Shown piece by piece: positions 31,206 to 42,527 of a stretch of 58,937 bases of DNA (position 1 is the first letter of the stretch; the number at the start of each line of letters is the position of its first letter). The notes under the pieces are model-generated. The model was not told the DNA's origin and searched no databases. It saw only the letters and a list, made by a program, of their open reading frames with translations. The position numbers were made by a program, and so were the translations under genes. This DNA is from a bacterium (lineage in GTDB: Bacteria > Patescibacteriota > Patescibacteriia > JAHIZJ01). The DNA lies in the NCBI GenBank assembly GCA_030699685.1, contig JAUYLJ010000016.1, positions 1 through 58,937 of the forward strand, in the 5' to 3' direction.

Positions 31206-31478
31206 TTATTTTTTATGAAGGGTAAGTATTCGTGTCAGCTTTTTCGTTTTCGCCGACGATACTTTCCTATCCCCCAGCAATTCATTCAGGATAAACCCTT
31301 CCAGCGTTCTCGCGCGCAGAGAGTCAAAAGATTTGGCAATGGAGGTAGTCAGCTGGGCGACATCGGCGCAATCTTTATCTTCTGCCATGTATTTTCTCAG
31401 CGTCTTGATTTGCCCTTGAATCCGATTGAGATGGTCGATGCTTTGTTTTCTGCGCGCATGTGCGTGACGCGTGGTCAT
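31206..31478 (-). CDS. CsoR/RcnR-family transcriptional repressor
   Basis: LNRIQGQI..L..Y...DKDCADVAQ pattern. Confidence 0.85.
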   Translation of the reverse strand: MTTRHAHARRKQSIDHLNRIQGQIKTLRKYMAEDKDCADVAQLTTSIAKSFDSLRARTLEGFILNELLGDRKVSSAKTKKLTRILTLHKK

Positions 31479-31496
31479 AATGCCAATGTGTTGAAT

Positions 31497-31525
31497 ATTA
31501 TATACCCCTCCCCCTATAGTATCAA
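31497..31525 (-). promoter_or_regulatory. Promoter with an embedded CsoR-type operator
   Basis: TTGATA-17 nt-TATAAT; ATAC-(C-tract)-GTAT at 31502-31522 spans the spacer. Confidence 0.75.
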
Positions 31526-31615
31526 GTTTTTCAACACCTGTACAGCGGTGCCCTGCTCAGGAATCCCTTGGCAGGATTTGATCGGGTATCGAAAGAGCGA
31601 CGAAACAGTCAGCAT
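31514..31615 (-). pseudogene. Truncated MOSC N-terminal domain gene
   Basis: SD AGGAGG, then MLTVSSLFRYPIKSCQG (MOSC_N start motif); stops after 33 codons. Confidence 0.65.
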
Positions 31616-31793
31616 GAAGTTCCTCCTCAGTCAACGGTGTGCGGAGAAAATATCATGAGTGAATGTTTAGCGCAAGTGTAATTATGAGAGTAGGATCTTT
31701 TTGGAAAAAGATAGGTAGGGATCATTCCAAATTACAACACTGGTTAAAAAAACAGAGAACATGGGTAGTTCTCTGTTGACTGATCCCGTCAGC

Positions 31794-32204
31794 CTAGGAC
31801 TTGATGACGGCATACCCGCCGTTTGAGATGACAACCGCACGATTCCCTTGATTCATGTAGAGAATGGTAGCGCGATCATCCTTCTCGTGAGGCGTTGAGT
31901 TGAGTTGCTCTGGAACGACGAGAGAGTAGGCCTTATCAGGGTAGCACCTGGCGAGCAAAACTCTCAGACTTGCGATATCTTCCGGGCTGCTGGGCAGCCG
32001 GTCATATTGTCTCTTGAAGATCAGGACAGCTACTCTGCCGTCCATAGCGGCCCGAGAATTGTTTAGCCGCTGGGTGGCCAGCGTCTCAGGGCCTAGTCCG
32101 ATGCCTTCACGGATTGCGGTAGGCACGATGGTGCCGAAAGCGAAGAGGCAAAGGGTGCAGAAAAGCAGAAAAAGCAGAAACGGTGTAGTGGGGACGGAAC
32201 GCAT
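31794..32204 (-). CDS. Membrane-anchored hypothetical protein
   Basis: SD GGAGGT, N-terminal hydrophobic helix and its own terminator (31744-31776). Confidence 0.65.
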   Translation of the reverse strand: MRSVPTTPFLLFLLFCTLCLFAFGTIVPTAIREGIGLGPETLATQRLNNSRAAMDGRVAVLIFKRQYDRLPSSPEDIASLRVLLARCYPDKAYSLVVPEQLNSTPHEKDDRATILYMNQGNRAVVISNGGYAVIKS

Positions 32205-32443
32205 AAGGGTAGACCTCCGACCGTTGGTTGATGCGAAAGGAGCGAGACTATATCAAAGGGACCTTCATTGGTAGCACGTTGAAGCAGCTGTGTCAATACT
32301 GACGATTTTTGTCGCCGTTCTCAGTGTTATATAATCTCGTTTTGGATACGGCTGGGTCTTTTTGCAGTTCTGCCGAGAAAATTTTACTTAACGAAACGGA
32401 AGGAGTAGAATTAATAAAACCGAAACTGTTGAAGGGGGTGAAT

Positions 32444-33016
32444 ATGCGAGCAACTGTCAGAACCGTGGCGTTCTTTACATTGTGCTGTCTGTCGATCACC
32501 TTTGTGCTATCCGCATGCAAAGAGACAACCGAACCGGCAGGTCCTGACTGTTCGGTGATCACGCCACAGTCAGACGTGTACCTAGAGGGCGGAAGGTTTG
32601 GTATTGGTGGCGTGGATATCAAAGGGATGTACCAGCAGGATGGAATCAAGTTGGGGGAAGAGTGTGAGAATTTCACAGTGCTCTCGTATGGTGGAGTGGG
32701 TAGAACATGCGACGTGGTCGGTACCGACCGATGGGTGCACCTGACCTGGATGGGTCTCAGTCTTCTAGGCATCACTATCTCTGAAGGCTGGGTAGGGGAA
32801 ACAGATAGAGGAGTGGCTCTCGGCGATACTTATGAAGATGTAGAACGAGTTTACCCCGAAGCCTTCCCTTGCCGGTACTCAAATTACCACCCGATCTATC
32901 TTGTGTTCGAAATTCGTTTTGAAGACGCAACGTATCGACGGGCTATCTTTAAATTCGATCAAGATGACCGCCTCGTCGAAGTCGGACTTGGTTACGGGCC
33001 ATCCAATTGCAGATAG
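32444..33016 (+). CDS. Putative lipoprotein
   Basis: ATG 32444 after GGGGGTG; signal peptide with lipobox LSAC; terminator at about 33054-33083. Confidence 0.7.
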   Translation: MRATVRTVAFFTLCCLSITFVLSACKETTEPAGPDCSVITPQSDVYLEGGRFGIGGVDIKGMYQQDGIKLGEECENFTVLSYGGVGRTCDVVGTDRWVHLTWMGLSLLGITISEGWVGETDRGVALGDTYEDVERVYPEAFPCRYSNYHPIYLVFEIRFEDATYRRAIFKFDQDDRLVEVGLGYGPSNCR

Positions 33017-33178
33017 TTCTCGTGGAAGCAGCGCTCATTCAATCACCAGCACTCCCCGAACATGAGTCCGGGGATCTTTTTTTAACAAAAACAGAGAACT
33101 TGGGGGTTCTCTGTGGGGGGTGGCTGTGAAACCTGAATCGTTTCGGGGATTTTGGTAGGTGAAATCGTGGACGCAGAC

Positions 33179-33751
33179 TCATACACGCTTCTCGCAGTCT
33201 TGCACTATCTCATCCGCATCGTAAAATTCCTTTTTGTAGTACTCCAAGGCTTGAGACAGGATAGAGAGGTCTTTGATCGGGACTGGGTTGGCAACGTAGT
33301 GCTTGATCCAGGTTGCCGCTTCTTGAATGTTTCCTACTAGTGAATCACAAACCGTTGCCACGAAGGGATCGGTGTAGTTCTCAAACACGCGACCGCGGAT
33401 TTCTTTCTTGGCTTTACGGAATTTTCCCTCTTGACGCGCAATGCCGATCAGGGGTTTGTGATAGTGTTTGGTGACCAGCATTTCTATTGAGCCGCCTACG
33501 CTGATATCATCAGTCAGATTGACAATGACAAGATCAGCCGAACGGATCATATAGCAGTCGCGCCCGAATACGAGTTTTGAATCGTTTTCATTCAGACCGA
33601 AATCACCCCTTCCTTTAATCGGATCGAGGTTGATAATTTCAAACCCTGTCATTCTGGTAAGTTCGGCGCAGAATTCATCCCGCCAGTCGTGACGTCCAAA
33701 AACAGAGTCTGGCGATACTTTACCAGCTACGTATGTCAGCAGTTTCTTCAT
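33179..33751 (-). CDS. Nucleoside 2-deoxyribosyltransferase-like protein
   Basis: YVAG, RDCYMIRSADLVIV and SVGGSIEM pattern; directly after gyrA. Confidence 0.6.
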   Translation of the reverse strand: MKKLLTYVAGKVSPDSVFGRHDWRDEFCAELTRMTGFEIINLDPIKGRGDFGLNENDSKLVFGRDCYMIRSADLVIVNLTDDISVGGSIEMLVTKHYHKPLIGIARQEGKFRKAKKEIRGRVFENYTDPFVATVCDSLVGNIQEAATWIKHYVANPVPIKDLSILSQALEYYKKEFYDADEIVQDCEKRV

Positions 33752-33756
33752 GCGTG

Positions 33757-36204
<2,448 letters not shown>

Positions 36205-36219
36205 GCGAGTGAATGAAGT

Positions 36220-36678
36220 TTAACGATAGAATTCAGGAAACACTTCCCGATCAAGAGCCTCAGCTTCGGTGCCCGGAGCCGGAAAGTTGCCGGGCGCGTT
36301 TTGCCGGCGGATCTCGGGAATTTCCGAGAGGCTATTGGTAATCTGATGCAAGACGGCGTCAGCTGAAGGATTCGAGAGTTGCGGGGGATTGACGCGCAGC
36401 AGGGTTACCCAGACTCCCATCACGATGACAAAGCTGACTATCGCGCCGCCGATGGCCAGTTGGCGCTTACGCGTCTCGGTATTTGTCGAAAACTGAATTG
36501 GCGTTTTGGGCGTGGAAACAGGAGTATTTTTTTGCTTGGAGGCAATTTCGGGTTGAACCGCTGTGGTGGAAACAACAGACTTGGCCGGAGCCGAACGCTT
36601 CGTTTTTCTGGCTACGACTTTCACTGCCACAGATTGGGCTTTTTTGTTCGTCTTGGTGCTGCGTTTGGTCGTTGGCAT
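36220..36678 (-). CDS. Single-TM hypothetical protein with a basic N-terminus
   Basis: K/T-rich N-terminus and one TM; tightly packed with neighbouring genes. Confidence 0.7.
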   Translation of the reverse strand: MPTTKRSTKTNKKAQSVAVKVVARKTKRSAPAKSVVSTTAVQPEIASKQKNTPVSTPKTPIQFSTNTETRKRQLAIGGAIVSFVIVMGVWVTLLRVNPPQLSNPSADAVLHQITNSLSEIPEIRRQNAPGNFPAPGTEAEALDREVFPEFYR

Positions 36679-36682
36679 GCTG

Positions 36683-37318
36683 TTATGCTTTGAGGACGAT
36701 AATCTTCGTGTCTTCCTGAGGGAGGTCTTTTTTCAAGAGGCGGAGCTTGTCCGTGGTCTCAGGATCTTTTGCGCCCATGGTTTTGAGAAAAGCGTCAATA
36801 TTGCCGAGCTTGAGCTTCAGGCCGCTGGACGCGTAAAACATCGGGATGATCACTCGAGGCTCGATTTGGCTAATGACGGCCGAGGCTTTTTCCGGGTCGA
36901 GTGATGAAATGCCGCCGACGGGAATAAGCAACACATCGACTCCTTCGAACACCTCCAGAGCCTTAGTGGAGATTTGGTGGTTCAGCAGTCCCAGGTGGGC
37001 AATCGAGATCTTATCTACTTCGAAATAGTATTGGGTTGAGAAACCCGGCTGAACAGGCTGGCCGTTGACTTGGTCGACCACGCCGCGGATAAACACCTGC
37101 GATGCTTCGTATTCACCGGGGCCGCTGACGATATAGGGTTCGCCCCCGATCTTTTCGATATTGTTGACCATTGCCTCGTCAGGGTTGGAAACGGTGACAA
37201 TGTTCGCCTGAAGACGCGGCAAATTCAGTCCCGTACTGGAGTCATAAGGATCAGTGATCAGCGTCGTGTCGTTGGTGGTGATTTTGAAGCAGTTAAGCCC
37301 CAGCCACTGAAGATACAT
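36683..37318 (-). CDS. MBL-fold (Lactamase_B_3-like) protein with degenerate metal ligands
   Basis: LITDPY, GPGEYE, DVLLIPVGG and IEPRVIIPM scaffold. Confidence 0.8.
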   Translation of the reverse strand: MYLQWLGLNCFKITTNDTTLITDPYDSSTGLNLPRLQANIVTVSNPDEAMVNNIEKIGGEPYIVSGPGEYEASQVFIRGVVDQVNGQPVQPGFSTQYYFEVDKISIAHLGLLNHQISTKALEVFEGVDVLLIPVGGISSLDPEKASAVISQIEPRVIIPMFYASSGLKLKLGNIDAFLKTMGAKDPETTDKLRLLKKDLPQEDTKIIVLKA

Positions 37319-37440
37319 ACAAAAATGAGGTTTTTAGCGATAGAATTGGTACTGTTTTTGCTTTGGGATAATACCATGTTTTTTGCCCAGGGTAAAGGGT
37401 AAAAACAGGCAAAACACCCAGCATTTTTCCTTGCCTGGTA

Positions 37441-37469
37441 TTGACAAAATACGACGTTACCCTTAGGCT
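37441..37469 (+). promoter_or_regulatory. csrA promoter
   Basis: TTGACA-17 nt-TAGGCT. Confidence 0.6.
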
Positions 37470-37551
37470 CCGTATGCTGCCTTTCTTACAAGCATTATCT
37501 GTTGTGGCGGCACGCGTTGCATTCATGCTCTTTAGGGAAAGGATTCACGAA

Positions 37552-37803
37552 GTGCTAATCCTGACACGGAAGCTCGGGGAGAACATCCGGATCGGAGACC
37601 GGATAAAAGTCATTATCCTGGACATCAAAGGTGGCCAGGTCAAACTGGGGATCGACGCGCCACCGAATGTGGCGGTCCACAGAGAAGAGATCTACGAACG
37701 GATACGTGACGAGAATCGGCGGGCTGCCGGTATCAGTAGCAAGACGCTAAAGGAAGTAGCGCAGATCTTCAACAAGGGCAAACGTCGCGCTGGCGAAGCC
37801 TGA
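37552..37803 (+). CDS. csrA: Carbon storage regulator CsrA
   Basis: GTG start; [14 protein letters not shown]...VKLGIDAP...VHREEIY plus a C-terminal ENRRAA extension. Confidence 0.95.
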   Translation: MLILTRKLGENIRIGDRIKVIILDIKGGQVKLGIDAPPNVAVHREEIYERIRDENRRAAGISSKTLKEVAQIFNKGKRRAGEA

Positions 37804-37825
37804 TCGGCACGCATCTTACCCCCGC

Positions 37826-37850
37826 GGGTTCACAAGTGTGAACCCTTTTT
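37826..37850 (+). terminator. csrA terminator
   Basis: GGGTTCAC-AAGT-GTGAACCC followed by TTTTT. Confidence 0.85.
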
Positions 37851-37907
37851 ATTTGCATCGAACCAACAAAAGTAATTTGAATAAGCTATGAATATTATAG
37901 CCACATT

Positions 37908-38300
37908 GTACCGAAGCCACCGCAAATAATCCGCCATAGCGCCAATGTGCATCCCGGCTTCATTTTGCATTGAGAGAACCATTACTAAACATCTTTGGTG
38001 ATAAGTAAGAAGCGGAGGCGTATCTGGTTACGTACCGAAGCCACTGCAAATTCCGCCAAAGGCGGATCCGCCTCTTGAGCTAAAGGCTCATCTGCCTATG
38101 GCACGAGGGCGGAAACCCCGCTGAAGCCAGTACTCATCCAATACCAGTACTCTTGTGTGCGAATAGCAGGATTTTACTACTCCAGAACCCTGGTTCGCTT
38201 TGGAGATGCCGGATCACCCGGAGATTGTTTGCTTAAGATTCTGTTTCAGGGATCTTCATCGTGCAGAAACAAAAACATCTGCCTGGTGTCCGGCATGACA
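37908..38300. repeat. Cluster of nested palindromic and direct repeats
   Basis: Direct repeat GTACCGAAGCCACYGCAAAT..TCCGCCA (37908, 38032); TCCGCCAAAGGCGGATCCGCC...GGCGGA; GATGCCGGATCA...GTCCGGCATGACA (38205-38300). Confidence 0.7.
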
Positions 38301-38515
38301 ATTGAGGCGTTTAAATGGAATCATCCCATAATAATCTCAACTCATCGTTGTAAGGGATTTCAGGCCCGCACGGGCGGCAGTGCCACATCACGTGCCTGAG
38401 AAAAACTTACTAAGGAAAGAAGTGATGTGCTTAAGCAAGTCACAGTCGGAACCAAAAAACCGTGAGCAGATGGCTGCTTGTCTGCTTTAAGTTCCCCCTT
38501 TTTTTGTCTACCAAG

Positions 38516-40816
38516 CTATTTTGCCGGATCTACTCTGATAATACGAATTGCTTCGCTGCCTTGGACCGCGTAGGGATAATTTCGGGCAGTCAGCGCGAAT
38601 TTATTGTAGTAGAGGCCGGGCTTGGGCGTGTCGAGGCGAACCGTAAAAGTGCCGATTTCTCCCGGACGAACGCTGTTTTCATTGAGCCTGATTTTGCCGT
38701 TGTTGGCTGACCAACTGGAGTCGCGGAAACGACTGACGCCGTTACCTAAGTCAAAGAGATCAAGCTGGACGTTTTGGTTCCAAGTCGTGACGCCGGTGTT
38801 TTTAAATTTAAACGTGACGGTGGGTCGCCAGTTGTCCAGCATGGCTAATGGCATGTTTGTTTCGACTAAACGGGCCTTAAACATCGAGTCTACCCTCGTC
38901 ACCCGTGAGACTTCGGAATTGATCACGTCGGTCTCGTTTTTTTTCAATTTGAAGATCTGCCGATAGTATCCGGGGCTAGTTGGGCTGGTTTCGGTAAATT
39001 CAAATGTCCCGGTTTCACCTGGTTTGACGCTGGACTCTTTCAGCTGGGCGGCCCCTACTCCATACCGGCTGGCGGCGTACCCTAAGTCATAGGCGTGCAG
39101 GCGGACGCTGTCCCGCGTCCAGGTTTCAGTGCCGGCATTTTCGAAACTGACCGACGTTGGCAGCCGCGCGCCCAGAAAACTGGCTTCATGGACCGATGTA
39201 TCGCTGGGGCGGGCAGCCCACGAGAGTCCGGTCACGTTTACTCGGATGCTGAAACGCGTGTCAGCCAGTGGGATGCCGTTTGAAGCCAGATAAAATTCTT
39301 CAGTGATATCAAGCGCGTCGCTGGGGGCAGTAATAGTGAATTCAAAGCGGCCGTCGCTTCCCGGTCTCACCCTGGGGGTGATGAGTGTGGCGGCCGTGTT
39401 GCCAGACAGCCAAGAATCGTTACCCAGCGTCGAAGGTGAGCTGGCGCTTTGGAGACTCAAGCGGGTGGGCGAGTCACTGGAGATCCAGTCGGTTGAGCCT
39501 GTGTTTTCAAAATCAGCTTTCACCGCGATGCTTTCACCGGCGTCCAGCACTAGCTCAGTGCTGGTAACGCCCTCGAGACGTCCTTGGGCGATCGGTTCGA
39601 TACTGTCGAGACCTTCGTAAATACCCTGGCTGGTTAATCGAACCCTCTCTAAATCATTCGAAAGATGCTCGCCGGGACAGGCGGTGCAGTCGACGTCGCC
39701 ATGCCCGATAATGTTCGGCAGATTGACCATGTCGCGGAAATTTGAGGAATTGTTCGGCGGGATTTCAAACAAAGCCGCTTTCTCGGCTATGAGATAGGAT
39801 AATGGCGCGAACGCGTCTTCAGGAACGGAATTCTCTTCGTAGTTTCCCAAAATTGCTATGCCGATAGTGCCGCGGTTGAAATCAACCCCACCTTCTTTGC
39901 CAAAGCGTTGTTCGTTGCAGGTTGAGTTGCGGAATGTGTGAGCGCCAATGGCACCGTCTCCGCCTTTACGCCCTTCATAGACCCGGCCCCGGCCGTCGAT
40001 CAAATAGTTGTAACCGATATCGCCCCAGCCGTTGACTACCGCATGCCAATAGTGAATTGCCCGGACAGTGGCTTCAGGGTCGTTGCCTCCGTCCGAACCG
40101 GCCGTGTGATGGATGATAATCTTTTCAGGTTCAGTATATTCCGGCTCCCAATAGGTGACATCTTCGTCAGCTCCCCATTGCTCCCGAGTAATCACAACCA
40201 CGTCAGCTTTCGCCCTTGGTATAAGTTTACTCAATGTCCGGCCAATGAAAGAAAGCGGCCGTGACGGGGTTTTCGTGGATATGGTAATAGTCTCCACGTT
40301 CTCGAGCGTCTCGACGGATCGATACGAGTATTGAAATGTCTTGATTGGCTCAATAAAAAACAAGTCGGTTGACTGAAGCTCGCCATCTGTATTTTTTATA
40401 TCAACTTTGGGCGGGACTACCATCCAGCCGGACCAATCCTGCCCTTGTTTGAATCGCACTTGGAAGTCGGCGTCGCGGCTGCCGTTCCACGTGAAACCAA
40501 TGGCGTTGAATTCACGTTCGGCGGTGATTTCGTTCGAGACGATTTTCGTGCCGGTATGCGTTTCGAGCGGCAGAGTTGTTTGAGCGAATGTTTGGGTGCT
40601 GGTGAGAGGCTTGAGTTCGGCGTTGACTTCTACTCCGGCAATGACCAGCAGCGCCACGGCAGCCAGTCCGGCCGCCACCGCCTTGAGTCGAAGGGGCTTA
40701 TGGAGTTTCCGTCTAGCCGTGAACACGAAGACTCCCAGCATGGGAGAGAGGCTGGTTAGGAAAGGGAGAATATGAGATGAATTTTTTCCGGGCGCTTGCC
40801 CGCAGACGAAACACAT
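38516..40816 (-). CDS. N-acetylmuramoyl-L-alanine amidase (Amidase_2/PGRP-like) with NBR1-Ig-like repeats
   Basis: IIIHHTA, GWGDIGYN, GAHT and GHGDVDCTACPG motifs; three F.N.G...W...V.PG..G.F.F repeats; start uncertain. Confidence 0.88.
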   Translation of the reverse strand: MCFVCGQAPGKNSSHILPFLTSLSPMLGVFVFTARRKLHKPLRLKAVAAGLAAVALLVIAGVEVNAELKPLTSTQTFAQTTLPLETHTGTKIVSNEITAEREFNAIGFTWNGSRDADFQVRFKQGQDWSGWMVVPPKVDIKNTDGELQSTDLFFIEPIKTFQYSYRSVETLENVETITISTKTPSRPLSFIGRTLSKLIPRAKADVVVITREQWGADEDVTYWEPEYTEPEKIIIHHTAGSDGGNDPEATVRAIHYWHAVVNGWGDIGYNYLIDGRGRVYEGRKGGDGAIGAHTFRNSTCNEQRFGKEGGVDFNRGTIGIAILGNYEENSVPEDAFAPLSYLIAEKAALFEIPPNNSSNFRDMVNLPNIIGHGDVDCTACPGEHLSNDLERVRLTSQGIYEGLDSIEPIAQGRLEGVTSTELVLDAGESIAVKADFENTGSTDWISSDSPTRLSLQSASSPSTLGNDSWLSGNTAATLITPRVRPGSDGRFEFTITAPSDALDITEEFYLASNGIPLADTRFSIRVNVTGLSWAARPSDTSVHEASFLGARLPTSVSFENAGTETWTRDSVRLHAYDLGYAASRYGVGAAQLKESSVKPGETGTFEFTETSPTSPGYYRQIFKLKKNETDVINSEVSRVTRVDSMFKARLVETNMPLAMLDNWRPTVTFKFKNTGVTTWNQNVQLDLFDLGNGVSRFRDSSWSANNGKIRLNENSVRPGEIGTFTVRLDTPKPGLYYNKFALTARNYPYAVQGSEAIRIIRVDPAK

Positions 40817-41108
40817 ATTTTTCTAGTGACGAAAATAACGAGAAAAGTGCGCTAATCTCGTCTGGCTTTACCCTCCAAGCTTGTTGTTGTGTTTTTGTTT
40901 TTGCGCTTTCACTCTGCCCTAATTATAGCGGATTTTGAAGGATTTGTCCAGGATGAATTAAGAAATAAGAAATAATAATTAAAAACAAAACTCCTCATCA
41001 AAAATTCTTCAGAAGAAGCTTCAAGCAAATTCGCCTCCCTTCATTCGACGGGCAGGCAAGTTTCCCCAGCTGACGGCGTTACGGCATTCTATTACAAGCT
41101 TCTAGCGC

Positions 41109-42395
41109 TTACCTCACCGAATGTTTCCGCAACCTCTGAATATCCTCGTGCGTTAAACTTCTGCCTGAGCCCTCGTCCATCTGGGCGATGGCGGCCATCA
41201 GGCCAAAGAGGATCCAGAACTGGGCGGAGAGGTCGTTTTTGAAATACGGCGCCTCAACCAGGCCGTAAAAAACAAGCGCGGTCATGGCGGTGAGCAGGCC
41301 AAAGGCCAACACAGAATCGGGTTTGCGTCTCGCGGCCGCGCCATGGTAGAAGAACCAGGCAAGAAGAATAACGATAGCCAGCAGGCCAAGTAAGCCCGTC
41401 TCGGTCCAGAAATTGAGGAAAATATTGTGCGGGTAGAGTAAAAGCTCAGTGTGCTTGGCCTGGCGGTATTCATCATAGACGGTAGGGAATCCGGCCAAGC
41501 CTGAACCGAGGAAAGGACGGGCTTTGAGTAAATCCCAGGTCCCTTGCCAGAGCACCAGGCGCACGTCGGTTGACGTGTCTTCCCCGACGGCGATGTCGCG
41601 CGCTTGGTTGCGAATACCAGGTGTCAGCAAGATTGTCGCGGTAAGCAACACCACCATCAACCAAACCCAACGCCGGCGCTGGCTAAAAACGGCCAAAAAT
41701 ATCAACGCGGCGATGAGGCCAATAGCGGCGCCGCGGGTGACTGACGCGAAGAGGGACCAGAGGCCGGTAATCAGTACAAGTATTGAAAACCAGTGCGGCC
41801 AGGCGCGTTGTTTCAGCGCCAGGAGGCCAAGAAAAAGGCCGATGATCGGGGTAACAAAGAGCCCGACCGCGTTCGGATACCCGAAGATGGACGTGACGCG
41901 TTTGGGTGACTCACTGATCCAGGGTTCTGGGCTCGTCCACCAACCAAGGTATTGCCCCGCCGCGTAGCAGCCGATGACGATGACGGATAGCCCGAGCGCG
42001 TAGACAAGGCCGCGGCGCACTGAGGTACTGCGGGCTTCGTTGGCGATGACCAGGTACAGGAGAATGGGTTCGACGAAGTATGCTTTCCAGATGCCCCAAG
42101 CCGCCCGGGTTTCCGGAGAAACGAAAACAGCAAGGGTGGCGGCGATGGCGAATACGCCAATCAGCCAGATGCCGGGAAAGCGCACACTTCGCCACTTGTT
42201 CGTCAGCGTCAGGCGTATTGCCCAAGCCAGGACGACGGCCAGGATAAAGCCTTCCAGCAAGGTGAATGGCCAGCCGAAGACTTCAAAACGAATCAGATAG
42301 GCAGGGAGAGCAAAGGCCGTCAGCCAAAGCGCCCAATAAAGGCGGTAGATGGCGAGGGCGAAGAAGAGAAATAAAGTTGTGGTTATGAGAATCAT
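41109..42395 (-). CDS. O-antigen ligase/Wzy_C-like membrane protein
   Basis: Multi-TM; YPN..G, TRGA, R..LW, G.GL.GF and PHNIFL motifs. Confidence 0.88.
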   Translation of the reverse strand: MILITTTLFLFFALAIYRLYWALWLTAFALPAYLIRFEVFGWPFTLLEGFILAVVLAWAIRLTLTNKWRSVRFPGIWLIGVFAIAATLAVFVSPETRAAWGIWKAYFVEPILLYLVIANEARSTSVRRGLVYALGLSVIVIGCYAAGQYLGWWTSPEPWISESPKRVTSIFGYPNAVGLFVTPIIGLFLGLLALKQRAWPHWFSILVLITGLWSLFASVTRGAAIGLIAALIFLAVFSQRRRWVWLMVVLLTATILLTPGIRNQARDIAVGEDTSTDVRLVLWQGTWDLLKARPFLGSGLAGFPTVYDEYRQAKHTELLLYPHNIFLNFWTETGLLGLLAIVILLAWFFYHGAAARRKPDSVLAFGLLTAMTALVFYGLVEAPYFKNDLSAQFWILFGLMAAIAQMDEGSGRSLTHEDIQRLRKHSVR

Positions 42396-42527
42396 GAAAG
42401 GTGTTTGGATTGCGCGGCGAAAGTAAGAGCGACGTATTGCTGGGGACTAGGAAAGTGAAAAATTACGAATTATGAGTAGCAAATTACAAATAATGGTTTG
42501 CCAATACTGAGTTTCGATAGATGATTG

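Noticed and set aside
37908-38061. CRISPR array
   Set aside because: Only two imperfect copies about 124 bp apart, and no cas genes
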